A stretch of 63,413 nt of DNA, the filler included, from Pelomyxa schiedti (lineage: Eukaryota; Protista; Evosea), in assembly GCA_020536535.1 (NCBI GenBank). It is 6 parts of 6 records of this genome, joined end to end, with 100 filler letters (N's around TTAATTAATTAA, not from the genome) between each part and the next. Parts side by side here need not be neighbours in the genome. Positions count along the whole stretch, not along the records: positions 1 to 14,798 come from JAHLWZ010001165.1; 5 more parts are not named here. One strand, 5' to 3'. The number at the start of each line of letters is the position of its first letter. Position 1 is the stretch's first letter. A program made the translations under genes and the position numbers. The notes beneath the pieces were generated by a model. That model ran no database searches. It was given only the letters and a program-made list of their open reading frames with translations, and was not told the DNA's origin. Shown here in pieces: positions 1 through 11,863 of this stretch.

Positions 1-425
1 CGTGGGTCTCGTCGATGCACTTTGACGTGTACCGCCTCCAGAACGACGGCCCAGAGTCCCTCTCACACATCGCAATGGAAAACAGCAACGGGTGGGCGTT
101 CACTCTTGTGTGTGTCGGGTTGTGTTAGTTGCTTGTTATTAATAAAAAAGGCTAGACGGCGCCTACAACATACAGGGCGAATGTGCCCACGGTGCAAATG
201 TCAGCCTTGCCCGCGGCGTCCACGGCAGTCACCATCGCTATTGGCAGCGACGACATCACTCCAGAGCAGAAACCGGCATCTCCTGGGTTCTTCGTCACCC
301 TGTTGGAAGGAACCCTGTTGGTGAGAACACCACAGCAAAGGCTGTACATTACCAACACCCCGAAGGCCAAAACTCACCAGCAGTTGCTGTCCATTCTCCT
401 TTTTTCCAAATCAAGGCAGGACTGA
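1..425 (+). CDS. 3' end of an unidentified intron-containing gene (truncated by window start)
   Basis: Open frame 3-91 (WVSSMHFDVYRLQNDGPESLSHIAMENS), then a GT...AG intron-like stretch and ORF 183-425 ending SKSRQD*; no family recognised. Confidence 0.35.
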
Positions 426-458
426 AACGAAACGGGTCTTTTATTAAAAAATCAGTTG

Positions 459-3128
459 TCAAGAGGGGGTCCACACTTCAATTTCACTGACCAGCCATGA
501 GGAGTATGTTCCAGCAAGGTATTCGTTTGGGGGGTTGTGCTGTGGTTGCTCACAGTAACTGGGGCTCAGGCTTGTGTAGCTGCCTGTTGTTGTGTTGCTG
601 TTGTCGCATACATACAAGGAGAATCCACCACCATATGTTGGTCCATAATCAGGTCTGCAATAAATGCAGTAGGTGTGGCCTTTGCACCTGAGGATTGTGC
701 CTGTTGTGGTTCCCGCCCGAACAAGGCTGTATAAAAACGTGCGTCCCCCACACCCTCCTCGAGAGGCGTCGCCGTTGTCAAACTGAATGTTTGTGTATCC
801 TCCACATATATCTGCGGATTATCACTTAATATTCATTCATTAACTGAGGTGATAACACACAGTTTGTTGTGGTCCTGACAATGGACAGCGTTGGGGTGAT
901 GTTGTTGCACAGTTCATGGAACTTGGCACCACCGAAACCGTGGTCTGATCCACGCCACAACAGCCGCCACGTTGTGTTTGTCATCTTGTGGCCCATGGCA
1001 CCCTCCGCGCCGACAACCATCTCGTGCAACTTGTTGTCGAGTTCACGTGTCGTGAGTATCTTGCTTCCTCGGAATGCTCTGCGCAATATTGTGCAATGTG
1101 AGACAGAGAGAAGAGTGAGCGATGTGATGAACGTCACTGTTTGCTTAGGCTTCGAGAGATTGGGCAGTAACACACACCGATCAACAACAGGAATGACGAG
1201 AGGCGATCCAACGATGTGAACGTTGTTGAATTTGACTGTGAGAGTGTGATCACCAGTTGGACTCGGTGTCATTCTCACTGTCAGGTGTCCTTGTCCCTTC
1301 TCCGCGTTTTCTTCCATCAAAATGTGGGATTTCACCCCATCATTCCCTGGTCTCTGGACGAATTGGCACAAAGAAAAAGGAAGAAGGGAGGAGGAGAACC
1401 GAGCAAAAACAAGTGAGTCCCGATGTGCACGTGGAGGGTTTCCCTGTTTTGTCACACACTTGTATTGTTGCAACAACAATCGGCTCATTTCCGAGGGACA
1501 TTGGCCCCGTCTCTGTTCTCACAATCTTGCTTTGTGTTGCATCAACTGTGCATTTTGGGATTGTTCAGTTACATGGTATTTACGAGTAGTGGAGGAAAAA
1601 CCTGGAGGAAGAAGCTGCAAGTCCCTGATGACGGCGAAAATGTGACTGCAGTCAAGTGGCGCTTCCTCGAGTTGTGCTGATGCACCTGGAACGAGCATGC
1701 TCCCGCTTGGGAACTGTGTTACCGAATCGGTTGCATGCATTGCAATAGCTCCAAAGCTCACAAACTCAAACGGATCTTCTTCAGTAACTCTTAGTTTTGA
1801 CATCTTAACACATGAAATCTAGAACAGCGTTATACTAATTAGACACTGAAAACAACACACCCCGCAGTCGGCTGTTGATATTTGGTCATTGACAGATTGA
1901 ATTTGTGCCTCGAGTGTATGAACTTTTGATTTTTGCTTCCTTTCAACAAAGGCGCACAGCTCGTTATGCTTTGCTTCCAATGCTTTGGACACTTGGGTGA
2001 TCTTGCATGAGAAAAGTCAGGGGAGTGAGAGAGGAGTTGGTGCAAACAGTTTCTGTGATGGACTTGCATCGGTTCCTTTCTTCCTCTTCTGTTTCTCCTT
2101 TTATTGTTTGAAGCTGTGACTTAAAGGTCTGTAAAACAAAGGTGGGTTTCCAGAGCGTGAAACAAGCAAGAATAGTGAAAAATGGATACCATCAGCTCAG
2201 CCTTGCGCTGTGAAAGGTAAACATCTTTTGTACCAAGTTGTGGGACAAGTAGCTTTCTTCCCTCAACGAGGTCGACGCATTCATGCTGTCTGTGCTGTCA
2301 ACCAAAAAAAGGGGAGTTCCATATAAACTCGTTATTTTCGAGAATGGAGAAGAGATGTGGTACATACGGCACCTACGATCCAACACATGGAGCAGATTAA
2401 TTCATTGCACTGTTTGCAAAACAGCTGCCGTTTTTCTTTGGTGTGGGTCCTGCAATACTTTGGTGGTTTCTTGACAGGCACAACAGGACTGACTGATAAG
2501 GCTACAGCCACATGTGTCTTAAATGCAGGCATTGCATGCAATTTATTCAGGTGCTTTGCACAGAGCTTGATGAATAATGTGTGAGGTTCAAGAAAAAAGC
2601 CCAAGTTAAAGCACACCATCCCACAAGTTTGGCACTCGAATGTTGCAGGTTTATCTTGACACATAGTGCACAGGCTCGCGGCGTTTGTTGGTGTTCCGTG
2701 CTGTTGCTGTTGCTGTTGCTCTTCCAATAGTGTTGCACCACCAATGACTGATCTCAGGTCCACGTTCACAGTCAGTGACGTCGACTTGAGTGCTGTTCCA
2801 CATCCAAATCCACACTTGATCTCCTGTGTTTTGAAGGACAAAAGTGTGAGGTTGAAAGAAACACCAAAGGAAAACACGCGTAACACAAACACGCATACGG
2901 AGAGGGAAGGATCAGTCGAGAATTTTTTCTGAGCGCAAGCGAGACACACGCTGTGGAAGCACACGGGGAACGTAACGGGTTCCACTAGAACACCCCCGCA
3001 GATGTTACACCCAAATGTCTGACAGTCACCAATTAGCCATTTGCGTTATTGTTACTGTACCAACAAACCCTTGTTGTCCCGTAAGTTTGGGAAGTTGCAG
3101 TAGTGGTTCCGGGCAAGCTTGATGCCAT
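459..3128 (-). CDS. TRIM-like E3 ligase: RING, two B-boxes, coiled coil, filamin-type Ig repeat, C-terminal TLDc domain (multi-exon)
   Basis: Spliced RING CNIC..CFH..CLAC..CGFGC; B-box CTMC..CQTC..LCAKH..H and YCRTH..FCKQC..ICSMC; filamin-like TVRMTPSPTGDHTLTVKFNNVHIVGSP; TLDc WRLLWRGSDHGFGGAKFHELCN..GGYT..YGPTYGGG..EYLAGTYSSWLVSEIEVW*; TGA at 461-459. Confidence 0.85.
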
Positions 3129-3321
3129 TTTTTGTGGTTTTGACGAAAGGAGTTTCAAGTTGGGTCTATCGATGCAAGCATTACAGCAGGAACTTCCATT
3201 CCAAGAAACAGGAATCCTCCAACTACAGAAGCCCAAATGGATGCGTGGTCCAGAATCTCAAGCAGTGCCCTCTCCGATCTGTTGATTACTTTTGGGAGGC
3301 ATCAAAAGTGTTGTTTCACGA

Positions 3322-4941
3322 AACATGTCATCGAAGCCTCGCCGTAGCAAGAAGCAAATGCCAACAAGAAAGCACAGACGAATATCCACTCTACAACGCG
3401 AGGCACTGCAGCCTCCTTCTGCTCCTGCTCCAGCGCCAAAGCAAAAACCAAATAAAGCACATGCAAAGAACCATGCAAATCAATCAAGTCCAACAACACA
3501 ACAAGAAGAACCTCCACCCAGACTATTGATTCCGTCTTTGAATCTAAGTTTACCCCCAGATGAAATGGCCAGGTTCGCTCTTCTCATTAGCGCAGCTCGC
3601 GCGGACCGTACCAGCACAACCAAAACAACTGGAAGAACACCGACTTCATCGTCCACTGATAATGGAATTCCCGGGGAACGAAAAGGAGGCCCACACAGGG
3701 ATATAGAAATGACGTCGTGCATTCGTGCTCGGAGTCAGTTCATTGCATTTGCAGCGGCTTCACTTCCGCGGTGCGGGATTAAAAGCCCGGCGAAGCTCAT
3801 AGCTACAATATCAGGTCACCTTTACAGAGAACTGTGGTGCAATTGGATAGCAGGCACTGTGCAGGAAATCATGATTACGGCGTGGATATCACCTGATGAT
3901 GCCGCAAATCCAGATGTTCCGCTGGATGGCGTGGCGGTTAGGACCTATTCAGTTGCAATCTCGCGTTTGACACTTGGAATCACGGGTGAAAATCGTGGCG
4001 ATGTGGAGTTGGAGACAAAATGGATTGACTGGAAAAGGGCTGTGATGAAGGGGGACTTTAGCAAGATTATGCTATGCGATAGTAGCTTGGGTCCGAAACC
4101 CCAGTATTTCTCTCTGAATGACAAAAGTACTATGATTGGGGTGAGTAACGTGGCTGTCAGTGCTGACTGGGTCATATTTGATGGAATCGGCACTTCTGGG
4201 GTGTTCCAGTCAGAACCAGTGATAGGAATATCACGCATTTCACCGCATATGCTGTTAGACGGATCTGCAGAAATTACAACTGTTCGTATTCCCAGTGAAT
4301 CTATAGTGGTTAGAATTGATTTCCTCCTGGGGCAACCAGTTATTACGCTTCTACAGTTTCCAGTTTCTGGAATTATGGTCAAGTACTGGTTTATTGTTAT
4401 CGATCCGGAGCAAACACAACAAGTAGGGATGCTAACTTCAGAAACCCGAACCAGTATAAATATGTCGTCATCAGAGAGGGTTGACGCTCTACTGAGGATG
4501 AAGAGAAGAGATGATGTGAATGTTTTCTTTGTGGGCTCCTCTCTGCAGGGGCACCACGGCACCGTTGTGGTGATGGAAGGATCAGAAGATTTGTATCGAG
4601 ACCTTTCGTGGCTTGAATCCAACGGAAGAAATTTATCGCAAATCAATGAGACTCTATTCTGTGTTGGCGTGGATACCGCCTCTGCCACAACCAGATTGTG
4701 TGAGATATGGGATTGCAATGACACCCATCAGCCACTGAAGGTGATCAATCTTTCAATTCCACCCTCGCCGTGGGTCGGAAATGGCAAATGGAAGCTTGTG
4801 GCAAACTCTGGGTTCATCTTTCACTTTGTTGGCCGAGAGGTGCAAGTTGTTGAAGCCGCTTCAGGAGAAACTGTCATAACACTATGTGTTCCCAGGTACA
4901 AAATTCCACCCGTTTATAATCAGAAGTACAACCTGCGTTAA
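3322..4941 (+). CDS. Intronless hypothetical protein of a lineage-expanded family (paralog of 14905-16068)
   Basis: 549-aa ORF (first ATG 3322); shares N-terminal RSQF.A....RCG..SPA motif and C-terminal E.WDCN....PL.VI / SGF.F / VEAASG motifs with ORF 14905-16068. Confidence 0.75.
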   Translation, partial: NMSSKPRRSKKQMPTRKHRRISTLQREALQPPSAPAPAPKQKPNKAHAKNHANQSSPTTQQEEPPPRLLIPSLNLSLPPDEMARFALLISAARADRTSTTKTTGRTPTSSSTDNGIPGERKGGPHRDIEMTSCIRARSQFIAFAAASLPRCGIKSPAKLIATISGHLYRELWCNWIAGTVQEIMITAWISPDDAANPDVPLDGVAVRTYSVAISRLTLGITGENRGDVELETKWIDWKRAVMKGDFSKIMLCDSSLGPKPQYFSLNDKSTMIGVSNVAVSADWVIFDGIGTSGVFQSEPVIGISRISPHMLLDGSAEITTVRIPSESIVVRIDFLLGQPVITLLQFPVSGIMVKYWFIVIDPEQTQQVGMLTSETRTSINMSSSERVDALLRMKRRDDVNVFFVGSSLQGHHGTVVVMEGSEDLYRDLSWLESNGRNLSQINETLFCVGVDTASATTRLCEIWDCNDTHQPLKVINLSIPPSPWVGNGKWKLVANSGFIFHFVGREVQVVEAASGETVITLCVPRYKIPPVYNQKYNLR

Positions 4942-5238
4942 TATGTTCTGCGGAACAACAACAAACAGGGATGAACTCAACATTGGACAACCTGCAATGA
5001 CAGTGTGGTCTCCAACTGTCTTTTTGCCACCCCCTGTGGAGTGGGACCCAGATTTTCCCCTGGGTTTCGATATGTGGTAAAAAAAATACATTGCCTGAGC
5101 TCTTATCTTCTCAGTCCTCACACTTGTTGCAAGAGGGAGGGGAGACCCTCTTTTTTCATAATCAAACAAGGATGGTGTGTCCACTTATTGCACATAATTT
5201 TGGGAACAGTAAAAAATTAATGAAAAGCCAATTGTTTT

Positions 5239-8200
5239 TTATATGAAAATATACAGCAACAAAGATAGGAGGAGGACAGCAGCTCCAAGACCAACACCCA
5301 GTGGAATCCACAGCTTCTGTGGCCCTCCCCATCTGTGCAGTAATTTGTAAAGTATCACGAGTACCATCATCCTCCTGACACTCAGGATGTACTTCACAAA
5401 GTGCTCCTCCTTCTGAGTGAGGCCCACAGTATAGCTAGATAAGTAACCGTGCTGCTTTTGACCGCACATCGCAAATCTAGCCGCCATGAGTGCAAGTTCG
5501 GATGTCATAGTCCTTGAAGTTCCGGGTTGATGAGTGCCAGGTTCCACATTCGAGGGTGAGAGTGCCGCGAGTGCCCAGGTTTCAAACGAGCCATCCAGTA
5601 CTTCAAAGAGAAGTTTATAGCATCCACTCGCGGCAATGTGAGGGAGCATTGCGTTGTATAAAGAGCTGGCAATTCCAAGTGATCTTTTATTGTTTTAGAA
5701 ATTAGGTTTTTGTGTTAAAAAAGGAAGGTATTTGTGTTCATACCTCCAGTGATCTGCAACCCAGGCAGTAATGACTTCGTAACATCCGGTATCAAGAAAT
5801 TCCCCAACGGAGTACCCAACAATGGAATCGCAGAAGCTGCTGAAGCTATTGACGTCGATATCGGGGTTCTGTAGCAAGGAGGATACTGCGACCAATCCAG
5901 GGAATGGTTGATAGGTGATTCCTGTGTTATTATCCACGGCAGTGTGTGTTGCCAATGATTTGTACATGAAAATGTTTTCTGTTTCAGGCCTGCCCCCTCG
6001 GTTCCTCCACACGTGATCCTCTTTTCTGAAAATCCATACCATCACTTGTTCTCTTTGTTCTACTGTAAGTGAATTGATTGGCACGAGTTGAATCTGAAAG
6101 GATGATTAGAAAAGCTCAAAAGAACCAAATACTTACCGATGCCCTGGTGAAGGTTTTTACATGGCGAAGTTGTAAGATTCTATCATGCTGGGAAATGATA
6201 GAAATTTCGGGAAGTGAAAGATGTGCAATCAGCTCACCCAAAAGGTGAGGTTTTTCCTTGAGAAAGATGCAAACATTTGTTGGAGAGTATAGATTTTCCT
6301 TCAAAATATTTTCAACTGTCAGTCCAATTCTTTCAACAACGGCAGTTTTGTCACTTTGACTCAATGTGCCACAACTTGCCCCTGGAACAGAGGCAGAGGT
6401 ATTGCGCTTCTGTGGTTTTGTTGTTTGTTTTTTATTCCACAAGTCCAAATTGAAACCGTTCGAAAGAATGGACAAATTGAGAGACCCTTTGTGCAAAAAT
6501 CTGGATGTAGCTGTAATCCAGTAACAAATAGGAGGGAAAAATACGTGGAAACAAAGGTAGTCAAGTATTTTCCAAAGGCCTTGAGAGTATCTTTATGCTT
6601 CACGAAGTCCGGATCATTCTTGAGACTTTTTATTGCCATGTCCTTCAAAGTTCCTGACAGGTCATACAAAACGGATTGCTTTTGTCTCACGGCAGCAGCA
6701 TAAGTATCTTTTTTGGCCGGTGTACTCTGCGTTGAAATTGCGGGTACTACTTTTGTATCAGGTGTACTTGTAGGATGTGACACTTCTGTGGAATGTGGAA
6801 GTATTGGCGCTATATACACAGGTATTACTTGTGGCTGGGAAGAAAGAGCCGGAGGCATTGCTGTTAATGCACTTGGAGGGGGTATTGTGGGAGATACTGA
6901 TGGATTCGGACAGGGGGGTTGTTGCAGTTCAGGGGTCTCTGGAGCAGGTGGTCGAAAGGAGGGAGAAAAATGAATTGATCCAGAACTGCGAGTGAGTGAA
7001 CCACGACCAGCAGACTTTTTTGTTGGAAGCTTTGCAAAGTTCTTACTGGTTACATATATATCCCCAATGGTGATTTTCGTGGGCTTCACATAGCCTGGAC
7101 CATCATACCAGCTTTCGACTCCGTGCTTCTCAAAAACGCTATCCCTCATTGTGATGATGGAATTTGAAGTTTGTGGAGGAATTTTTTCAGCTATGAGTGC
7201 ATAGGTCTTAGGATCAGGGTACATTTTTGGAATGATAACGCCTGGAACCAGAGAGGCTGCCATAAGTTCCCTGAAGAATGAAACCCAGGCAAGAGAAGTA
7301 TCATAAGGATGACCTGTAGAATGTAAGTGTGAAGCAGCCAAGAGGAAAACGTGGTAACCATTAGTGTAAAGCTTGTAAATATATAAACCTTGATCCGTAA
7401 ATACTATCTGAATAGGTGAGACTGTTCACATGAATTGGAAGTACTACCTCAAGGTTTTCCATCTCAGGTTGCCAGATATCACCTTTCTTTTCTTCCAAGC
7501 TGGCAAATGCAACATTGGCTTTGATGGAGTTTTCTAAGGGTTTTTCTGCATGGTCACCATCTGGAGCGTAACATCCAACTATGTTGCTATTACAACAGGC
7601 TGCAGTTTGCAAAAAAGTAGTCAGCAATCGTACTCGGTATGTTGCTTGATTATTTGGAGTGCTAGATTGGTGCTTTGAATTCAACAAAGCAGCATCTGCT
7701 TCCAAAGACACTTCTCGCACTTGAAGAGCCTGTTTCCTATTGAGTGCATGTTCAGCACTCCTTGGACTCGAACGAACAGCACTCTCAATTGTCTGAGGAA
7801 TAAGTTTTCAGTTAATTCAGCAAAGAAAAACCTGAACGGCAATACGTCTTCGAAGCACAAGATCGTCGTGTGTAAGATTATCACCAGCGAAAAGCTTTTC
7901 TATTGGAGTTGGCATTGCCTCTCCACTTAGGTTATCAGGTACATTGACTGAGGTGACGCCTAATCCTTTGAGGAGATCTACATATTCCTGTGGCTCATGA
8001 AAACTTCTTTCAAAATGGACGGCACACCTCAAAAAGGCTGCGTAGAGAATTCATCAAACTACGTTGTACATTCCGTGTTTGTGTTAAGGTGACTTCAAAT
8101 TGCAAACCACCAACTTTTGAGTCTGTATAGCGTTGCCAGAGTAATTCCTTGTATCCACACTGTATTAAGTGATCCCTGAGCTCTCTGTTCTCAGGCATTT

Positions 8201-11200
8201 GATAAATTTCCTGTACGAATTACAGTTCGCTGAATTGCAAAGACATTTACCTCGTCTACAAATCTCCGTCTCCATAAGAGTTTTTCCTCAGGGGCTACAT
8301 TACATAACTCTGGTGGCAAGGTAAAGGTCACAAATTGAGTAATAAAAGCTATGGCAATATCGGCGACATGTCGGTAGTTGTATCTATGTCTCTTGACATG
8401 GAAAATTCGCCTGCCTAACAGTGACAGTAGATCCATGGACTGCACAATGTTAATATAAAATAAGTGACTGAAGAAATAGTAAATACCTCTGGATCAGATA
8501 AAATTTCCACCGGTAGCTTGTTGGATATTGCTGCAACAATTTGTTGTGTTTGCTGGTCATGTAAACTGGCTAGCTCGGATGAAAATAGAGAACGGTAGAG
8601 CAAGTCAAGGGAAAGTTCGTTTTGCAGCTCTAGAGCCACTGATTCATTGAAGTGAGACTCTTGCAGAGTGGCAGTAAGCTTCGCAATCACAATATCAATT
8701 AGGACTTGAGTAACAGAATCAATCTTTTTCTGTTGGGCAGCTGCTTCAATCTCTTGTGGGGTAGGGGTTGTTGGGTTCAATTGGTCTATGACCACAGGGT
8801 TTCCGAGAACAGTTTTCTGAGCTTGTACAATTTGCACAAGAAGGGGCAAGAACACTTCGAGCTTAGAATGTGTCAGTGGCCACTGCACACCGAACAAGCA
8901 CAAAATGAGGGGACGTATAGTGTCTCTCTTGAGAACAATTGGCACCATTGAAAGATCGGTAATGGCTTTAAGTTCATTCTTTCTTGCTCTCTTCACGGTC
9001 TTCATAAAAAGTACCTTGATGTAGGGAACGTAGTCTGGGAAGTATTGAGAAAAGAGGGTGAAACTGGAGTGTAATTGCATTAGCCCCGGATAGCCTGGAC
9101 TTTCCATGTTTTTGGTCAGTAAAACAAGTACGGCGTTTAGCTGCTCTGATGTGCAAGGAGAAGCGATTTGCATTGCCAGAGGCACAGCAAAAACAAGAAA
9201 TTTTTCAGCACCAAGCTTATCGTCATTGGAACTCCCTGCCCCAAGGATAGCTTGCAAGATATGGAGTCTTTCAAGTGGGTCAACAAAAGAAGTCTGGTCA
9301 AGATCACGGAGTAGTCTTGCAAAGTTGAAGGAGAGTGCTTTTAGATAATTTGAACCAGTTTCAACATCTCGAATTCCAAATTCGACCATCGCTCGTATTG
9401 CTGGCGCACAAACTTCCTTGTTTCCAGCGCACCACCTGTATATTGGTGCTACAACAGAAGCGAACTCCTGTCGGAGGAAAAATGAAAAGGCACTCGCATC
9501 AAGTTTATGCAACGTGATGTGCACTCCAAGACGCAGGAAAAGTATAAGAATAGTTGAAGATAGGGGGTCAAATGACTCCGCTGCTTCACACAAGGTATCC
9601 AGTGTGGAGGTCATAAACTGTTCAGATTGCATGCTCTGAACGGCAGAGCACGTGTAGGCAATTATAGATTCGAAAAGATTTGCCTCACTTTCAGGTCGGG
9701 AATGTTTCATGACTCCAGTAATCTGTGGGAAGACACAGGTAAATACCCAATCCCAACCTAGAGGCAGAGTAAGAGGTTATTGAGTGTTTTTTTCTTTCAT
9801 ACTGGATTCTGCCTCAATGCAAGAACACAAGACTTGTAAGAATGACTGCACTTGCTCTTGTAAGTCCTTGATCAAAGGGCAAAATAGAGAATTGGCATTC
9901 GAAGTGAGGAGTCCAAATAACTGGTGCCAAGCAGATTCTTGGGCAAATGCCGACATTACAACAGATACAAACTCGAATCCAGTTTCGAAGAATAACCGTG
10001 ATGAAGAAATTTGAGCCAGTCTTGACATAAATTTGCACAGTTCTTCTGCTAGACCAATGCAACAGTTGGCGGAGCTGCAATCTATAGCCACGCCAAATGC
10101 ATATAGTACTTTACAGACAGCTGTGTGACTGGGTACTGATAACGTCCACATATGTTCAAGTGTTTGATTTACTGCACATTCAATTGGAGGTGCACATCCA
10201 ATCAACTTTTGAATATGTGAGAATACCAGAGCACGTTCTTCATGAGAAGTGGCTGCAGAGAGCGCTCGAGGAAATGGTGGTGAAGAGGAGAACTGTGCAA
10301 GAACAACTGATAGCTCAGAGAGTTGCGTCTCCAATTTTATACTGAGCAGCAACAGTGGATGATCATCAGTAACACCCATTGCTGCAAAATCATGAAGTTT
10401 CAGAATAAGAGTTATCTGTGGAAGGACTGATGAAATATAGAAGGAGAACATAGAATTAGCAGGCCCCTGAAAAGAGGTTAGTTTTGTATCTGCACATGAA
10501 ATTAGGACTGAGAACATTTTGATATCCCTCGTACAACGCCAGCAATGCTGAGGCAATGGTAGTGACACCTTCTCGACTCACAGAAATTGAAGCCTCTTCA
10601 GCACACATCTATAAAAACAACTATTAGACGGTAACTACATATACATTACTTATTACAAGAGAAATACCAGGGCAAGAAGGTTCACCATCCTATGAAGAAT
10701 CCTTGGCTTCTTCAAAAGCTGAGAATGCATACTAGGCATAACCACATCACACACTGACACTCTTCCAGTAACAAAGTCCTCCACACTACCCTGTGAAAAA
10801 AAAGGGGGGGAATAGGATCACGTCAGTGCCAATGCCCAGACCCATAATTAAAAAAACGGCAAGCCGACGCACATACTTCAGTAGGTTTCGGCTCCTCGCC
10901 GCTGCCACCACCGTGGCTCGAAGTAATTACTCCCTCTGCAGGCGCCGCCGCCGGCTCGGCCTCGGCAGGCCCTTTGCCTGGGTCCGTCGCCACCCCTTCC
11001 CCGCCCGCGGTAGGCGGAGGCGTTGCTGCGGGTGGCGGTATAGGTTCACGCAGGGCAGCGGCGCGGCAGGCGACGAGGAGCACGCCCCCGCTGACGCCGT
11101 AGCCCCGTGTCAGCAGCGTGACCACGCCGCCGCCGTTGTCCGCGTCAGGTGGTGCCCCCAGCTGGTTCTGGTTATTCTGCTGCTGCTGGGTGTTGAGTGC

Positions 11201-11311
11201 GAGGCGGTCGTGGGTGGCCCGCTGCGTGTTGGAGACCGCCGCGGCCTGCTCCAGGTCAACCAGCGCCTTGTGCACGTCCCTCCACGCCAAGTGAGTCACA
11301 CGCCCCTTCAT
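5239..11311 (-). CDS. Large multi-exon helical (ARM/HEAT-like) hypothetical protein with a C-terminal transmembrane tail
   Basis: Chain of minus-strand ORFs; in-frame GT-AG joins checked for 9777-10568 to 8415-9710 (..ESSWDWVFTCVFPQITGVMKH..) and onward to 8191-8445; ATG 11311 (MKGRVTHLAWRDVHKAL); terminal hydrophobic LWIPLGVGLGAAVLLLSLLLYIFI*. Could be more than one gene. Confidence 0.55.
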
Positions 11312-11863
11312 GTTGGTTGCGTTTGTCCGTTGTGATTCGAACACGAGGGAAAAAAAAAACCGGCATTCACGCCCGGTTACTGCCACCATGGCTGCGGAGA
11401 CCGAGTAACGTTGCTTGGGCGCGGGACCAACTCGAGTTGCCCTTGGTGCGTGGATGCTGCTGCCTAGGTGCGGGGCGCGCAGCGGGGCGAGGCTCCTCGG
11501 CGCGTTCCTTATGCGGCGCGAGATCGGCAAACGTCGTGTGCGGTGGGCGTGGAAGGCGACGTGGCGCCGGTACCGGGTATGAAGTGGCGCCAGAGCCGGG
11601 AGAGCAGGAGGTGGTGGTGGTGGTGGTGGCGCTGGAATGTCTGTGTATCGGCGACTCTCGGGGTGGTCCAGGTGTGGGGGACAGAGGTGCCGGGGGCGGG
11701 CAAGCTGTGTCTTGGTGTGTCCGGGAGGGGCCGGTCTGTGGTTGCATATGACGAGCGGGAGAGTTGTATCTTCATCTGTGGCCAGCTGATGTGCAAGCTT
11801 GTCCCGTGGTTCCATAAAATGTCAGATACGCTGCCTCTCTATTTCCACCCATAAGCGAGACAC

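Noticed and set aside
566-805. ORF with FYTALFGREP resembling a glyoxalase/ArsI
   Set aside because: Another frame of the same strand encodes the TLDc exon
4880-5080. Possible frameshift extending the 549-aa ORF into 4886-5080
   Set aside because: The paralog at 14905 ends at a comparable position, so no extension is needed; untestable without reads
10793-11854. Multiple long overlapping ORFs on both strands
   Set aside because: By-product of high GC; only the MKGRVTHLAW frame connects to downstream exons
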